Assembly (NCBI RefSeq): GCF_006345805.1
Contig: NC_043001.1
Span: forward strand, 135,408,001 to 135,472,000
Direction: 5' to 3'
From: Octopus sinensis
Lineage: Eukaryota
DNA length: 64,000 nt
The notes under the pieces are model-generated. The model was not told where the DNA came from, did not search any database, and worked only from the letters and a program-made list of their open reading frames with translations. Every line of letters starts with the position of its first letter. Positions within the stretch are counted from its first letter, which is position 1. The translations under genes were made by a program, and so were the position numbers. Shown in pieces: positions 49,751-62,429 of this stretch.

Positions 49751-52102
49751 GTAACAGAAAAGAGGAATTTCGATTATCCCCACGTGGTGAGTTGTAATGT
49801 ATATAAGAAATTAAAAAAGGAAAATACGCACACTTACATAGTTTTAATATAATTTTTAATATATCGACCGGTTTCGTTATCGCTATTCATATTATGTTTT
49901 ACTTGTTTGAATATATATTTTTTCTTAAGAAGAAATTTGGTCCATGTTGTGTATGATATATATATATATAGTTATATTTTTCTTACGAAAGATACAGACC
50001 ACATAGAAGTGCTCAAGTCAAACCTGAGATGTTAGACAAGTATGATAAAGCAAATGGAGAAAGTTCAAATCAGGCAAACTACATTGAACGCATATGTACA
50101 TGCATTTAATTAAGATAAATATTGTCCAAAAAACATATATTGATATATTGAAAATACATATAAAAATATATGAATATTGAAAATATATAGGGAGATAACT
50201 ATATATGATTGTACAAACATAGTAGTAATATAAAGAAGTATAGGATTATAGATAAAAGCATTTTTTTGTTTTTAAGGGTTAGAAATATAGTGAAGAGAAA
50301 ATTATAGGTGTCAAAAAAAGTTTTAGGTTACATTCTTTTACTCTTTTGTTTCAATCATTTGACTGCGGCCATGCTGGAGCACCGCTTTTAGTCAAACAAA
50401 TCGACCCCAGGAGTTATTCTTTGTAAGCATAGTACTTATCCTATCAGTCTCTTTGGCCAAACTGCTAAGTTACGGGGATGTAAACACAATGGCGTTGGTT
50501 GTCAAGTGATGGTGGCGGAGGGGGGGACGGACAAACACAGACACACACACACATATACAATGGGTTTCTTTCAGTTTTCGTCTACCAAATCTACTCACAA
50601 GCCTTTGGTCGGCCCGAAGTTATAGTAGAAGACACTTGCCCAAGGTGCCACACAGTGGGACTGAACCAGGAACCGAGTGGTTGGTAAGCAAGCTACTTAG
50701 CACACAGCCATGTTCTTTTATTCTTTTACTTGTTTCATTCACTTAACCGCAGCCATACTGGAGTACCGCCTTGAAGGGTTTTAGCTGAACAAATCGACCC
50801 CAGGCTTTATCCTTTTAAGCCTGGTACTTTCTATCAGTCACTTTGCCGAACCGCTAAGTCAACATAACATGTTTCTTTCAGCTTCAATCTACCAGATCCA
50901 CTCTCAAGGCTTTAGTTGGTGGCCAGGGACTATTGTAGAAGACATTTGCTTGAGGTTCCACACAGTGGAACTGAACCTGAAATCATGTGGTTGAGAAGCA
51001 TGCCTACACACACACATACACACACACATACTTTGTGTTTGTGTGTATATATGTAAAAACTGATGGCAGATGCACATAAAAATTTAAGTGACGTGTATAT
51101 AAGTGTAATACATTTTAGCAGCTGTAAGTATATAGATGGCAGTATACATTCTGTTGCATGTGTGCATGCGTATCAATGTTTGTCTACATTTACTGCTGTA
51201 CATCTTGATATACAACACACACACACACACACATATACACACATATGTGCATACAGTTTTCTTATATTTGTTTTCCTCTCGAAGCTACTTACTATCTTTC
51301 AGTTATTTTTTTGAACCTAACTGTTTTCAATTTCCTCGTGAAAGATATCCTAAGCGATACGACATAGCTAGCTAGCTAACTGAAACAGTATTGCCAATAC
51401 GAGATCAATGTGCACATCAGATGATTTTCAGAACAACTTAGACTTATCAGTCAGTGCCTGCTAGAATTTACCAAAGTCGGTATCACAGCCTCAATCTCTT
51501 ATCACCCTGCACAACCACCTGCTGTTGCTCCCTGCTACAGTATAATTACAAATTCTTTACAGATAACAAATATTTAAAAAGGGATAATAACAACAATAAT
51601 GACAATAATAATAATAATAATAAACAAAAATAATATAGATTATATTTCTAGATGCTATTGATACCAGCTTTTTGGATGGTGTAGTTGGACGCTTCCAATA
51701 GGATTTTGTTAAAAAAAAAACAAACAAAATAACCAAAGGGAAATAACTGAAATGGACCAATAGCATGAATTGGAATAACTTACACAGATATACTGAATGG
51801 AGTACACAAAAAAATTCTTATATAAAGATTACCTTCTTTGTTGGCAGAAGAAAACAAAACAAAACTTAGTGTCAATATGGCATTAAACATGGAAGTCTTT
51901 AACTGAATTCTCATTGTTGTTGTTGTTATAATGGCTATGTGACACTAGAACTGCATCTTGTCATTGTTATTGTAGCTATGTCACATTAGAACTGTGTTTG
52001 TTGTTATTGTAGTAGTTTTTTTACTATAGCCCTGGGCTGACAAATGACTTGTAAGTGAATTTGGTAGATAAACTGTGAGGAAGCTGGTTTTATAAATATA
52101 CA

Positions 52103-52388
52103 TACAGGGTGGCCCAAAAGTAGGTTTACAGTTATTTAACTATCTCTTTCACATTCATTTATCAACACTCTTTTACTTGTTTCAGTCATTTGACTGTGGC
52201 CATGCTGGAGCACCACCTTTAGTTGAGCAAATCGACTCAAGGACTTATTCTTTGTAAGCCTAGTACTTATTCTATAGACTCTTTTGCTGAACTGCTAAGA
52301 TACAGGGATGTAAACACACCAGCATCGATTGTCAAGAGATGTTGGGGGCACAAACACAGACACACAACATATACACACACATACATAC

Positions 52389-52462
<74 letters not shown>

Positions 52463-52813
52463 TATATACATACATATATATGACAGGCTTCTTTCAGTTT
52501 CCGTCTACCAAATCCACTCACAGGCTTTGGTCGCCCCGAGGCTATAGCAGAAGACACTTGCCCAAGGTGCCATGCTGTGGGACTGAACCTGGAACCAAGT
52601 GGTTCGTAAACAAGCTACTTACCACTCAGCCACTCCTACGCTTTTAGATCTTAATTATAAAAAAATATGAAACCATTATTTTATGTAAATTTAGTTAATT
52701 TTGTCAAGCTTCCTTCTCACTTTGTAAGATAGAAATTTAAATGTAAAAATGTTTTAAAAGAAATCTAAAGTGCCTATGTGATAATGGTAAACCTACTTTT
52801 GGGCCACCCTATA
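52103..52813. mobile_element. Tc1/mariner-type MITE (25-bp TIRs, TA TSD) interrupted by an AB SINE
   Basis: TA+cagggtggcccaaaagtaggtttac (52105-29) and gtaaacctacttttgggccacccta+TA (52787-811), 24/25 match. SINE at 52167-52642. Confidence 0.85.
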
Positions 52814-52847
52814 TATAGATATACATGTACACAAATGGGCTAATTAT

Positions 52848-53435
52848 TATATGGCTTTATATAGCTATGGTAAGACCTCACCTGGAATTGCATCACGGTC
52901 TGGACCCCTATCTTGCCCAGGACATCAATCGTCTGGAAGCTGTTCAGCGACGTGCAACCAAAAGTACCCTCCATCAGGCATTTGCCATATCCTGAACGCC
53001 TTACTTCCCTGGGCATGACACATGGAAACTCGCGTCTGTTTGGCAGCTTGGCATGACACCATAAATTATCAACCATCGCAAAACAATAACTCTGAGCACC
53101 TCTTCAAACTCCACCAATCTAACACCCGTGGACATATTTACAAAGTAAGAAGACAGCACAGCTCTCCATGACTTCAGGAAACATTTTTTCACGCTGAGAG
53201 TTGCTGAAGCATGGAACAACTGCCGGATCAGTTGTTAGTTGTCGGAGCACTGCATCCTTCAAACTTCCATGCTTCCTGAGATTCGCCAACACACACCTGA
53301 TTTTCTCCCCTCCATACACACACAAGCATGTTCACTTTCCAGACATTTTACATTGCTGCATGTACTTTATATGCACTTTCTGACAAGTTGTGGTGCACCT
53401 GAGCACTGTATACTATAATTTCATTATTATTATAT
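52848..53435 (+). mobile_element. CR1-group LINE 3' end, same family as 49016-49680
   Basis: gacccctatcttgcccaggacatc, ctgagagttgctgaagcatggaac and the same UTR and (ATT)n tail. Confidence 0.85.
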
Positions 53436-54619
53436 TATCATATATGTATGTAACTTTAATAATTGGCAGAAGTCACAGAGTGACATACTCTGTGTCTTTT
53501 GTTGATTATGAATAGAAATATATGTACTTATGATTTGAGCTCTATTTTTCCTGTTTGCATCACCAAATCCATCATTATCATTAACATCCATTTTCCATGC
53601 TGGCATGGGTTGGACGGTTTGACTGAGGATTGGCAAACCAGTAGGCCGCACCAGGCTCCAATCTGATCTGGCAAGGTTTCTACAGCTAGATGCCCTTCCT
53701 AATTCCAACCACTCTGAGAGTGTAGTGGGTGCTTTTACGTGCTACGGGCATGGGAGCCAATCAGGTGACACAGGGTATTGACCATGTTCAGATGGTGCTT
53801 TTTACATGCCACTGGCACAGGAGCCAGTCGGGATAGGAGTGGGGACTGGCATTGACCATGTTCAGATGGTGCTTTTTATGTGCCACTAGCACAAGGGGAT
53901 TTGTTAAAAAGGAAAACAAACACCAAGGCAAGACATCTCAAGTCATATATTTATTGTTATTAAGAATTATTAAGCAATTTTTAAAGTCTTGCAGCTGTTT
54001 CTAGGATATCCCAAAAACATCTGGAATATCCCATCATCGGAGACAGATGGTGAGTAAGTGAGAGGGTAGAGATTACAGAAACAATGGAAAGATGTAGGAA
54101 GAAGAGAAAAAAGGGAAAAAAAAAAAAAGTTCACAGTTTAAGTTTCCAATGGTGCAGGTACTAATCCATGAGTCTTTAGGTACAATCCAATGTGAATCCA
54201 GGTAAGATAATATTCTTCATATTGTAGATGTCCAGGAAGAAGACGTTCAAGTTGAAGGTTTCAGAAACAGCACTTACTAGAAACAAACGTCAAATGACTA
54301 AAACCACATTTTTTTACACTCCATTAGCACCTGTAAAAATATTATGTGGTTTTAGAGTAATTTGACATCTATTTTTAGTGCGTAGGTGCTGTTTCTCAGT
54401 ACCCTTGATTATAATTACATCTGTATAATCATATATCAATTCTTACCTATTTGGTAAGAATTGATATAATTATATTGGTATTGGTAATAATTATATCGGT
54501 ATATATTGGTAATAATTATATCTATATAATCATATATCAATTCTTACCTATTTGGTTTTCATTACATGCTGGCCACTGATAAGATTGTTATTTTTATAAG
54601 GATTTTATCCTTAATTGTG

Positions 54620-54657
<38 letters not shown>

Positions 54658-54659
54658 AA

Positions 54660-54990
54660 AGGTGTAAGGCTCAGTGGTTAGAGCACTGAGATCACAATCA
54701 TGAGGTAGTGAGTTCGATTCTTGGACTGGGCTGTGTGTTGTGTTCTTGAGCAAGGCACTTTATTTCACATTGCTCCAATTCACTCAGTTGTAGAAATGAG
54801 TTGCGACATCACTGGTGCCAAGCTGTATCAGTCTTTGTCTTTCCCTTGGATAACATCGGTGATGTGGAGAGGTGAGGCTGGTATGCATGGGCAACTGCTG
54901 GCTTTCCATTAAACAACCATGCCCAGATTTATGCCATGGAGGGGAACTTTCCAGGCGCAAACCCATGGTCAATCATGACCAGAGATCTTT
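54660..54990 (+). mobile_element. tRNA-headed SINE (family F, ~330 bp)
   Basis: ggctcagtggttagagc (A box), gagttcgattc (B box); second copy at 58855-59180. Confidence 0.8.
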
Positions 54991-55699
54991 ACACACATAC
55001 ACACACACATATATACACACATGGGATAACAGTAGTAGACAGTAATTATATAAAAATACAAACTTGTTACCATTTCAAATATGCTTGAAGCATCTTTGAA
55101 TCTGTCAAAAAGCCATTCACTGGATTTTGTCATGGAGAAAATTTCTCACTGTCGATAAATACACCAAGTCAGCCAACAGCATCCCCTAACCAGACATTTG
55201 GATGCCTGCAATTCAGAGTGATTATCTTTTCTTCAGTAACAGAGATTGAAAAGGTAGATGCTGCTGTAAACTGACATGAGAGACAGATCTCTCATGATAT
55301 TTCTGTCATCATTCAATGACTTGTAGCACTATTCAGCAGGTTGCTGTAAATAAAATGCAGAGTGACAGGGCCAAGCAGTGATGTGTATAAATACAGACTT
55401 ATCACCAAATATATAAGTGGGTGTTTGTATCTGTATTTGTCCCCAGTACTGCATTAGACAGTACTGGGGTTTGTTTATATCTCATTACTAAGTAGCTCAG
55501 TAAAAAAGAGATTGTTAGAATAAAACCAAAATTATAAAACGTACTGGGGTTGATTTGTTTGACTAAACTGGAGTTTTCAACCAGTTTTTGCATGTGGACC
55601 CCTTCGATTAAAATTTTATTTAGGTGGATCCTCATAGCTATTTGATGTTTAAAAAATCCAATTATATTTTTATAAATCAATATTATTAAGAATTATGAA

Positions 55700-56543
55700 G
55701 ATGTCGGATGAAGTAGTGAGAAAGGATCTTCAGATGCTGGGTCTCACAGAGGAAATGACAAGGGATAGGAAGATGTGGCGATTTGCTGCACTTGATAAGA
55801 CATGTCAAGCTAAGTAAAATTGCTGTCTTCCATACATACAGGCTTGTCCTTTCAGGTGCTGGTGCCACTTGAAAAGTATCCATGCCGGTGCTGCATTAAT
55901 GCACCTGTGCCTGCGCTGCATAAAACACCCATGCTGGTAGTATGTAAAGAGCACCTGTGCCAGTGCTGTGTTAATGCACCCATGCTGGTGCAGCATAAAT
56001 GCACCTGTGCCTGTAGCACATAAGAAGCACCAGTGCCAGTGGAACATAAGAAGCACCTGTGCCAGTGCTGCATAAATGCACCTGTGTCTGCTGCATAAAT
56101 GCACCTGTCCTGGTGCTGCATTAATGCACCTGTGCTGGTGCTGCATAAATGCACCTGTGCCAGTCACATGTAAAGAGCACCTGTGCCAGTACTGCATAAA
56201 TGCACCTGTACCAGTGGCACGTAAAGAGCACCTGTGCCAGTGCTGCATAAATGCACCTGTGCTGGTGCTGCATAAATGCACCTGTGCCACTGGAACATAA
56301 AAAGCACCCATGCCAGTGCCGTGTTAACATGATGGTGCTGCAAAAATGCACCCATACCAGTGGCACACAAAAAACACCCAGCATTCTCTGTTAAGTGGTT
56401 GGCATTAGGAAGGGCATCCAGCCATACAAACCATGTCACAATAGAGTGTTGGAGTCTGGACAGCTCCCTGCTAGTCAGCTCCATATCAAATTGTCCAACC
56501 CAAGCCAGCATGGAAAGTGGATGTTAAATGATGATGATGATGA
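55700..56543 (+). mobile_element. RTE LINE 3' end with an expanded ~25-bp minisatellite in the 3' UTR
   Basis: DEVVRKDLQMLGLTEEMTRDRKMWRFAALDKTCQAK*, then about 20 degenerate gcacctgtgccagtgctgcataaat units (about 55850-56385), the D core and (GAT)n. Confidence 0.85.
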
Positions 56544-56895
56544 TCATCATCATCGTTTAACGTCCGTTCTCCATGCTAGCATGGGTTGGACGGTTCGACC
56601 GGGGATCTGGGAAGCCAGAAGGCTGCACCAGGCTCCGGTCTTATCTGGCAATGTTTCTACAGCTGGATGCCCTTCCTAACACCAACCACTCCGTGAGTGT
56701 AGTGGGTGCTTTTTACGTGCCACCTGCACTGGTGCCAGGCGAGGCTGGCATCGGCCATGGTTGGATTGGTGCATTTTACGTGCCACCTGCACGGAAGCCA
56801 GTCGAGGTGGCACTGGCTTCGGCCACGATTCGGATGGTGCTTTTTACGTGCCACCGACACGGAAGCCAGTCAGTGGCACGTAAAAAGCACCGAGA
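56544..56895 (-). mobile_element. Young family D copy, tail-to-tail with the preceding element
   Basis: catcatcatcgtttaacgtccg start on plus; near-identical to the reverse complement of 23630-23975. Confidence 0.9.
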
Positions 56896-59376
56896 ATTAT
56901 AAGCAGTTTATTGCACATAAATTTTAACAACAAAATCTTACATGGTCTCCCCAAAGGCCATATGGACCTCAGTCAAGAACCACTAGACTAAACCCTGTGT
57001 TGTAGCAATCCAGCATGGCCACCATCCATTGGCTGAAATGAAGGATAAAAAAGAAGCCTGCCCACACATGCTCAGATGAACGATCATCCTGGTCTTTTTA
57101 AGGCCCTCACATATTGCTATCAGGTTAAACAACTACATCATGGAAACACTCCAGTAATTCCAAATAATGGTGGTGGAACTATTTTACAGAAAAACTCAAT
57201 AAAACCTGTTCATGAATTTACAATTGTTTATTTTATTATATTGCTTTTGCTTGTTTTTGTATTTGTTATTCTTTCTATTTTTGGCAATTTTGTGAAAGAA
57301 ATTTCCTTTTTTTTTTTATTCCTCTTTTTTTAATTTTTTTTTATTATCAATTCTGGCCACCACCGTCTGTCTAGTGGCTAATTGTTGGTGTTTAGCATCA
57401 GGCCAAACCTGACTGAGAAAATCTATAATCAGAAGCATTCCAGTTATGCACAAGAATGTCGGGGCTGCTTTATGCAGTAAGTTTTTATCCAAAGATGGTG
57501 AGAGTGAAACTTGAAGGAAATTTGGCTGCTATTTCTAGTATGTTAAGTGATCACACAGAAACTCCCTTGTCAACTGGTGGTGGTGAGTGGCAAGGAGTGA
57601 ATGGTAGTGGTAGCTAGAGATGATGATAATGATGAAAGAGAGAAAGAGAAAAAATGAAAGAGTTCTGTGCAGTAGTGTAAATAAATGAGCGTATAGTGTT
57701 TAGTGGCAAAACTTGTTGATGAAACTAGTTTCAAGGTGATGTGGTACCATACAAATTTGTTTCAGAATTGTTTTACCTACCTTGCATACCTGGTTTTTTT
57801 GTTGTTGTTATTTTTAGGTGCAGGAGTGATTGTGTGGTAAGTAGCTTGCTTACCAACCACATGGTTCCGGGTTCATTCCAACTGCATGGTACCTTGGGCA
57901 AATGTCTTCTACTATAGCCTCGGGGCCAACCAAAGCCTTGTGAGTGGATTTGGTAGACGGAAACTGAAAGAAGCCTGTCGTATATATGTATATAGATATG
58001 TATGTGTGTGTATATGTTTGTGTGTTCTTGTTTGTCCCCCCAACATTGCTTGACAACCGATGGTGGTGTGTTTGTGTCCCCATAACATAGCAATTCGGCA
58101 AGAGTGACCGATAGAATAAGTACTAGGCTTACAAAGAATAAGTCCTGGGGTCGATTTGCTCGAGTAAAGGCGGTGCTCCAGCATGGCCGCAGTCAAATGA
58201 CTGAAACAAGTAAAAGAGAGAGTAACCTCTTTTTCATTTTATCTTTTAACATTGGACTGCGGCCATTCTGGGACACTACCTTATTTTTAAAGTCTGGTAC
58301 TAATTCTATTGGTCTTCATTACACAACTGCTAAATTATAGTGATGTGAAGAAACCAACACCAGCTGTCAAGTGGTAGTGGTGGTGGGGGGACAAAAACAC
58401 ATATACATTGATCCCACACACACATACACATATACAGACGTACACACACACACACACACTCACATACATACATACACATGACAGGCTTCCATAGTTTCCA
58501 TCTACCAAATTCACTCACAAGGCACTGGTCAGCCTTTAGCTATAGTAGAAGACAGTTGCCCAAGGTACCATGCAATGGGAATGAACCCCAAAACACATGG
58601 TTGCAAAGTGAGCTTCTAAACCACTCGACCAAGCCTGTGCCTATTTTATTTTAAACTATTCTTAATCTGAAAACTAATTGAATAAACCTTTAACAAAAAA
58701 AAAAGGTGTTGTTTTTTTTCTGTCGGGCTGCTAAGTAATGGGAATGTAAACAAACCAGCACTGGTTATCAAGAGGTGGGAGGTGACAAACACACTAATAT
58801 ATATGGTAACAAGTCTGTATTTCCTGCACATCACTCCGCCAACAAGTAGTGAAAGTGCATGGCTCAGTGGTTAGATCGTCGGGCTCACAATCAAGAGGTA
58901 GTGAGTTTGATTCCTGGACTGGACTTTCTGTTGTCTTGAGCAAGACACTTTATTTCACATTGGTCCAGTTTACTCGGCTGTAGAAATGCGTTGCGACGTC
59001 ACTGGTGCCAAGCTGTATTGGCCTTTGCCTTTCTCCTGAATAACAACAGTGGCATGGAAAGGGGAGATGGGCATGCATGGGTGACTGCTGGTCTTCCATA
59101 AACAACCTTGCTCAGATTTCTGACTCAGAGGGTAACTTTCTAGGTGCAATCCCATGGTCATTCATGACCAAAGGGGGTCTTTACCCTTTTTACTACGAGT
59201 AGGTGAAAGACAAAAACACCTGAACATTGTGAAAAAACACAAAAGCTTTACCAATCATATGGTTCTGGGTTCTGTTCCATTGCATGGCACCTTGGGCAAG
59301 TGTCTTCTACTCTAGTCTCAGGTCGACCAAAACCTTGTGAGTGGATTTGGTAGACAGAAACTGAAAGAAGCCTGTC

Positions 59377-59456
<80 letters not shown>

Positions 59457-59659
59457 GTGTGAATATGTTTGTGTCTGTGTGTTTGTCACCCCAACATTGC
59501 TTGACAACCGATGCTGGTGTGTTTACGTCCCTCTAACATAGTGGTTTGGCAAAAGAGACTGAAAGAATAAGTACTAGGCTTACAAAGACTAATGGTGGTG
59601 CTCCAGCATAGCCACAGTCAAATGACTGAAACAAGTGAAGGAATAAAAGAACAGTTGAA

Positions 59660-60062
59660 GAGGTTAGCTGGCAGAAATGTTAGCATGCTGGGCGAAATGC
59701 TTTGCGGTGTTTCGTCTGTCGTTATGTTGTGAGTTCAAATTCCGCCGAGGTCGACTTTGCCTTTCGGGGTCGATAAATTAAGTACCAGTTACGCACTGGA
59801 GTCGATGTAATCGACTTAATCCCTTTGTTTGTCCTTGTTTGTCCCCTCTATGTTTAGCCCCTTGTGGGTAGTAAAGAAATAGGTATTTCGTCTGCTGTTA
59901 CGTTCCGAGTTCAAATTCTGCCGTGGTCGACTTTGTCTTTCATTCTTTCGGGGTTGATAAATTAAGTATCAGTTACGTACTGGGGTCGATGTAATTGACT
60001 TAATCTCTTTGTGTGTCCTTGTTTGTCCCCTCTATGTTTAGCCCCTTGTGGGCAATAAAGAA
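59660..60062 (+). mobile_element. Head-to-tail dimer of family C SINE
   Basis: Full copy to 59881, then a second copy restarting at the internal ggtatttcgtctg. Confidence 0.85.
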
Positions 60063-60250
60063 ACAAGAACATTCGAAGAAGCAGCCGTTTGGAAAACACT
60101 ATTATAGAAGGAAGAGCAGAGGGTAGAAGATCAAGAGGAAGACAAAGAATGCAATGAATGGACGATATCAAGAGCTGCTTGGACAAGAGTGGAAAGGCAG
60201 GTGGAGAACTTCTGCTTAATTGGGAAGACTTTTTGTTGTAGTGTCATCAA
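60063..60250 (+). mobile_element. RTE (BovB-like) RT C-terminal fragment, a different family from the D-associated RTE
   Basis: IRRSSRLENTIIEGRAEGRRSRGRQRMQ*MDDIK. Confidence 0.75.
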
Positions 60251-60303
60251 TGCACTGCAGGCATACGATATACTTCTCCTCCTCGTCATTCTGTGTTATA
60301 TAG

Positions 60304-60710
60304 CACTGAGGCATATGGAAGCACTCCGTCGGTTAGGACGACGAGGGTTCCAGTTGATCCGAATCAACAGAACAGCCTGCTCGTGAAATTAACGTGTAAG
60401 TGGCTGAGCACTCCACAGACATGTGTACCCTTAACGTAGTTCTCGGGGATATTCAGCGTGACACAGAGAGTAACAAGGCTGGCCCTTTGAAATACAGGTA
60501 CAACAGAAACAGGAAGTAAGAGTGAGAGAAAGTTGTGGTGAAAGAGTACAGCAGGGATCACCACCATCCCTGCTGGAGCCTCGTGGAGCTTTAGGTGTTT
60601 TCGCTCAATAAACACTCACAACGCCCGGTCTGGGAATCGAAACCGCGATCCTATGACCGCGAGTCCGCTGCCCTAACCACTGGGCCATTGCGACTCCACT
60701 GAGGCATATG
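60304..60710 (-). mobile_element. Full-length 379-bp tRNA-headed SINE (family E) with a perfect 14-bp TSD
   Basis: TSD cactgaggcatatg at 60304-17 and 60697-710. Minus head has tggcccagtgg (A box) and ggtttcgattccc (B box); CpGs are intact. Confidence 0.9.
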
Positions 60711-61263
60711 ACCAGCTTAATATTCCTTCTATGCTGTCAACACAGCTTGGAGTATAGTGAACTGGAGATAACATGGCAACAGTAACGACAACAGTTATAA
60801 ATACATACTATATTTGTTATCTAAAAAATAGTACTTTCTTCTTTTCCTAACAAGATCAGAGAATGGTGACAGACAGCTTGGAATCTTGTCTACAGAACTG
60901 AACAGATTATTGGTCTCGTGTATTTTATGTGAGAGTTAAGGGTTAATGAGAAGAAATGCAATGCGTAAAGCAGTGGGTAATTGGTGGAGGCAGGGTGGGG
61001 GTTGGGTTGACAAGCAGTGATAATCACAAAGGGGGGGAAAGTGAAGGAAAATACACCTTGGCTTAATTAAAAAGCAATTCCATTGCCACAATATTATTTT
61101 GTATACATATGCATGTGTGTATGAGAATATACATGCATATATATGTATGTATATGAATTTATATGCAATACATATATATATGTATATATAATGGTAAAGT
61201 CATGCCTGTATAATTTGCCAAAGAAAAAAGAAATGTGTATGCATGCACATGTGCATGTGTGAG

Positions 61264-61294
<31 letters not shown>

Positions 61295-61407
61295 ATATAT
61301 ATATGTGTGTGTGTATGTATATATGTATGTATGTATATATTTGTGTGTGTGTATGTATATATGTATGTATGTATATATATATGTATGTATGTATGTATAT
61401 ATGTATG

Positions 61408-61447
<40 letters not shown>

Positions 61448-62019
61448 TACACACACACTATCATCATTTTATACCTGATATTTTTCCCATGCTGGCAAGG
61501 GATGATCAGGTCTCAGAACACCTTACCACCAGTCATGCTTTTTTAACATCTGGCACACACACAATAACAGAGTGAATTGCCAAGCTTTGTAAGTGTTTTC
61601 TTTCATATATATATATGTGTCTGTGCGTGCGCACACACACATCATCATCATCATCATTGTGATTCAACATCAATATTCCATGCTGGTAAGAGTTGGGCGG
61701 TTTGGCAGGATCCGATGGGTCTAAAGACTGCACCACACTCCAATGTCTTCTTTGGCATGGTTCCCACAGCTGGATACCCTTCCTTCTCTTAATGCCAACC
61801 AATTTACAACATGTGTGAATGTGTGTGTATATCTATCTATGCCTGTCTGTCTGTCTGTCTATATAGACACACACATATTCCAGGGTATGATGAGTACAAA
61901 CAGTTTTGTATATACAGATTTACTAATATTTAGCAGAAGCAGCAGAGTGACTCAAGGGCCAAGAGTTTATTGCGTTGGCACCAAACCATACCTGTTCTTT
62001 GCACCTATATCTTGCATCA

Positions 62020-62057
<38 letters not shown>

Positions 62058-62111
62058 TTTAAAATTATAAGTATATGAAAGAATGGAGTTGAACGACTAG
62101 TTAACAAATAT

Positions 62112-62206
62112 CCTTTATTCTCGACATATGTTTCGAAGGCTGCATATTCCTAATTCCGAAGGAATAAGGAGTACATTATGCAGATTTCTCATCAGGAAAA
62201 TCAAGG
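62112..62206 (-). ncRNA. Type I hammerhead ribozyme, canonical core, extended stem II
   Basis: CCUUGAUUUUC CUGAUGA GAA-AU-CUGCAUA..UCCU-U-AUUCC-UUC-GGAAU-U-AGGA..UAUGCAG-CC-UUC GAAA CAUAUG UC GAGAAUAAAGG. Stem I pairs 10 of 11; stem III is the palindrome ACAUAUGU; predicted cut between 62123 and 62122. Confidence 0.85.
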
Positions 62207-62392
62207 AACTTATGTCGACATCAAAATGCATATATTTATAATTTTAAAATAAACATACAAATTTCCGCACGAAGACACGTAGTCTATGCCCTAGGGACGT
62301 AGCTTCAACCGTGTTCTTTATGATGTGAATTTGCTACCCAGGTATCGGTTATCTTTCAAATTATCCTTAATAAGATAATTCATTCAATTACT

Positions 62393-62427
<35 letters not shown>

Positions 62428-62429
<2 letters not shown>

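Noticed and set aside
49866-49875. GAAA-CCGG-UC with palindromic ACCGGU on minus
   Set aside because: The 5' half of the core is absent; only a fragment of a PLE-type end.
54137-54201. Plus-strand exon candidate ending CAG|GTAAGA
   Set aside because: The acceptor is preceded by a purine run rather than pyrimidines; the peptide is unrecognisable.
55805-56311. 168-aa ORF with GTGAFMQH repeats
   Set aside because: Antisense translation of the 25-bp minisatellite in an RTE 3' UTR.
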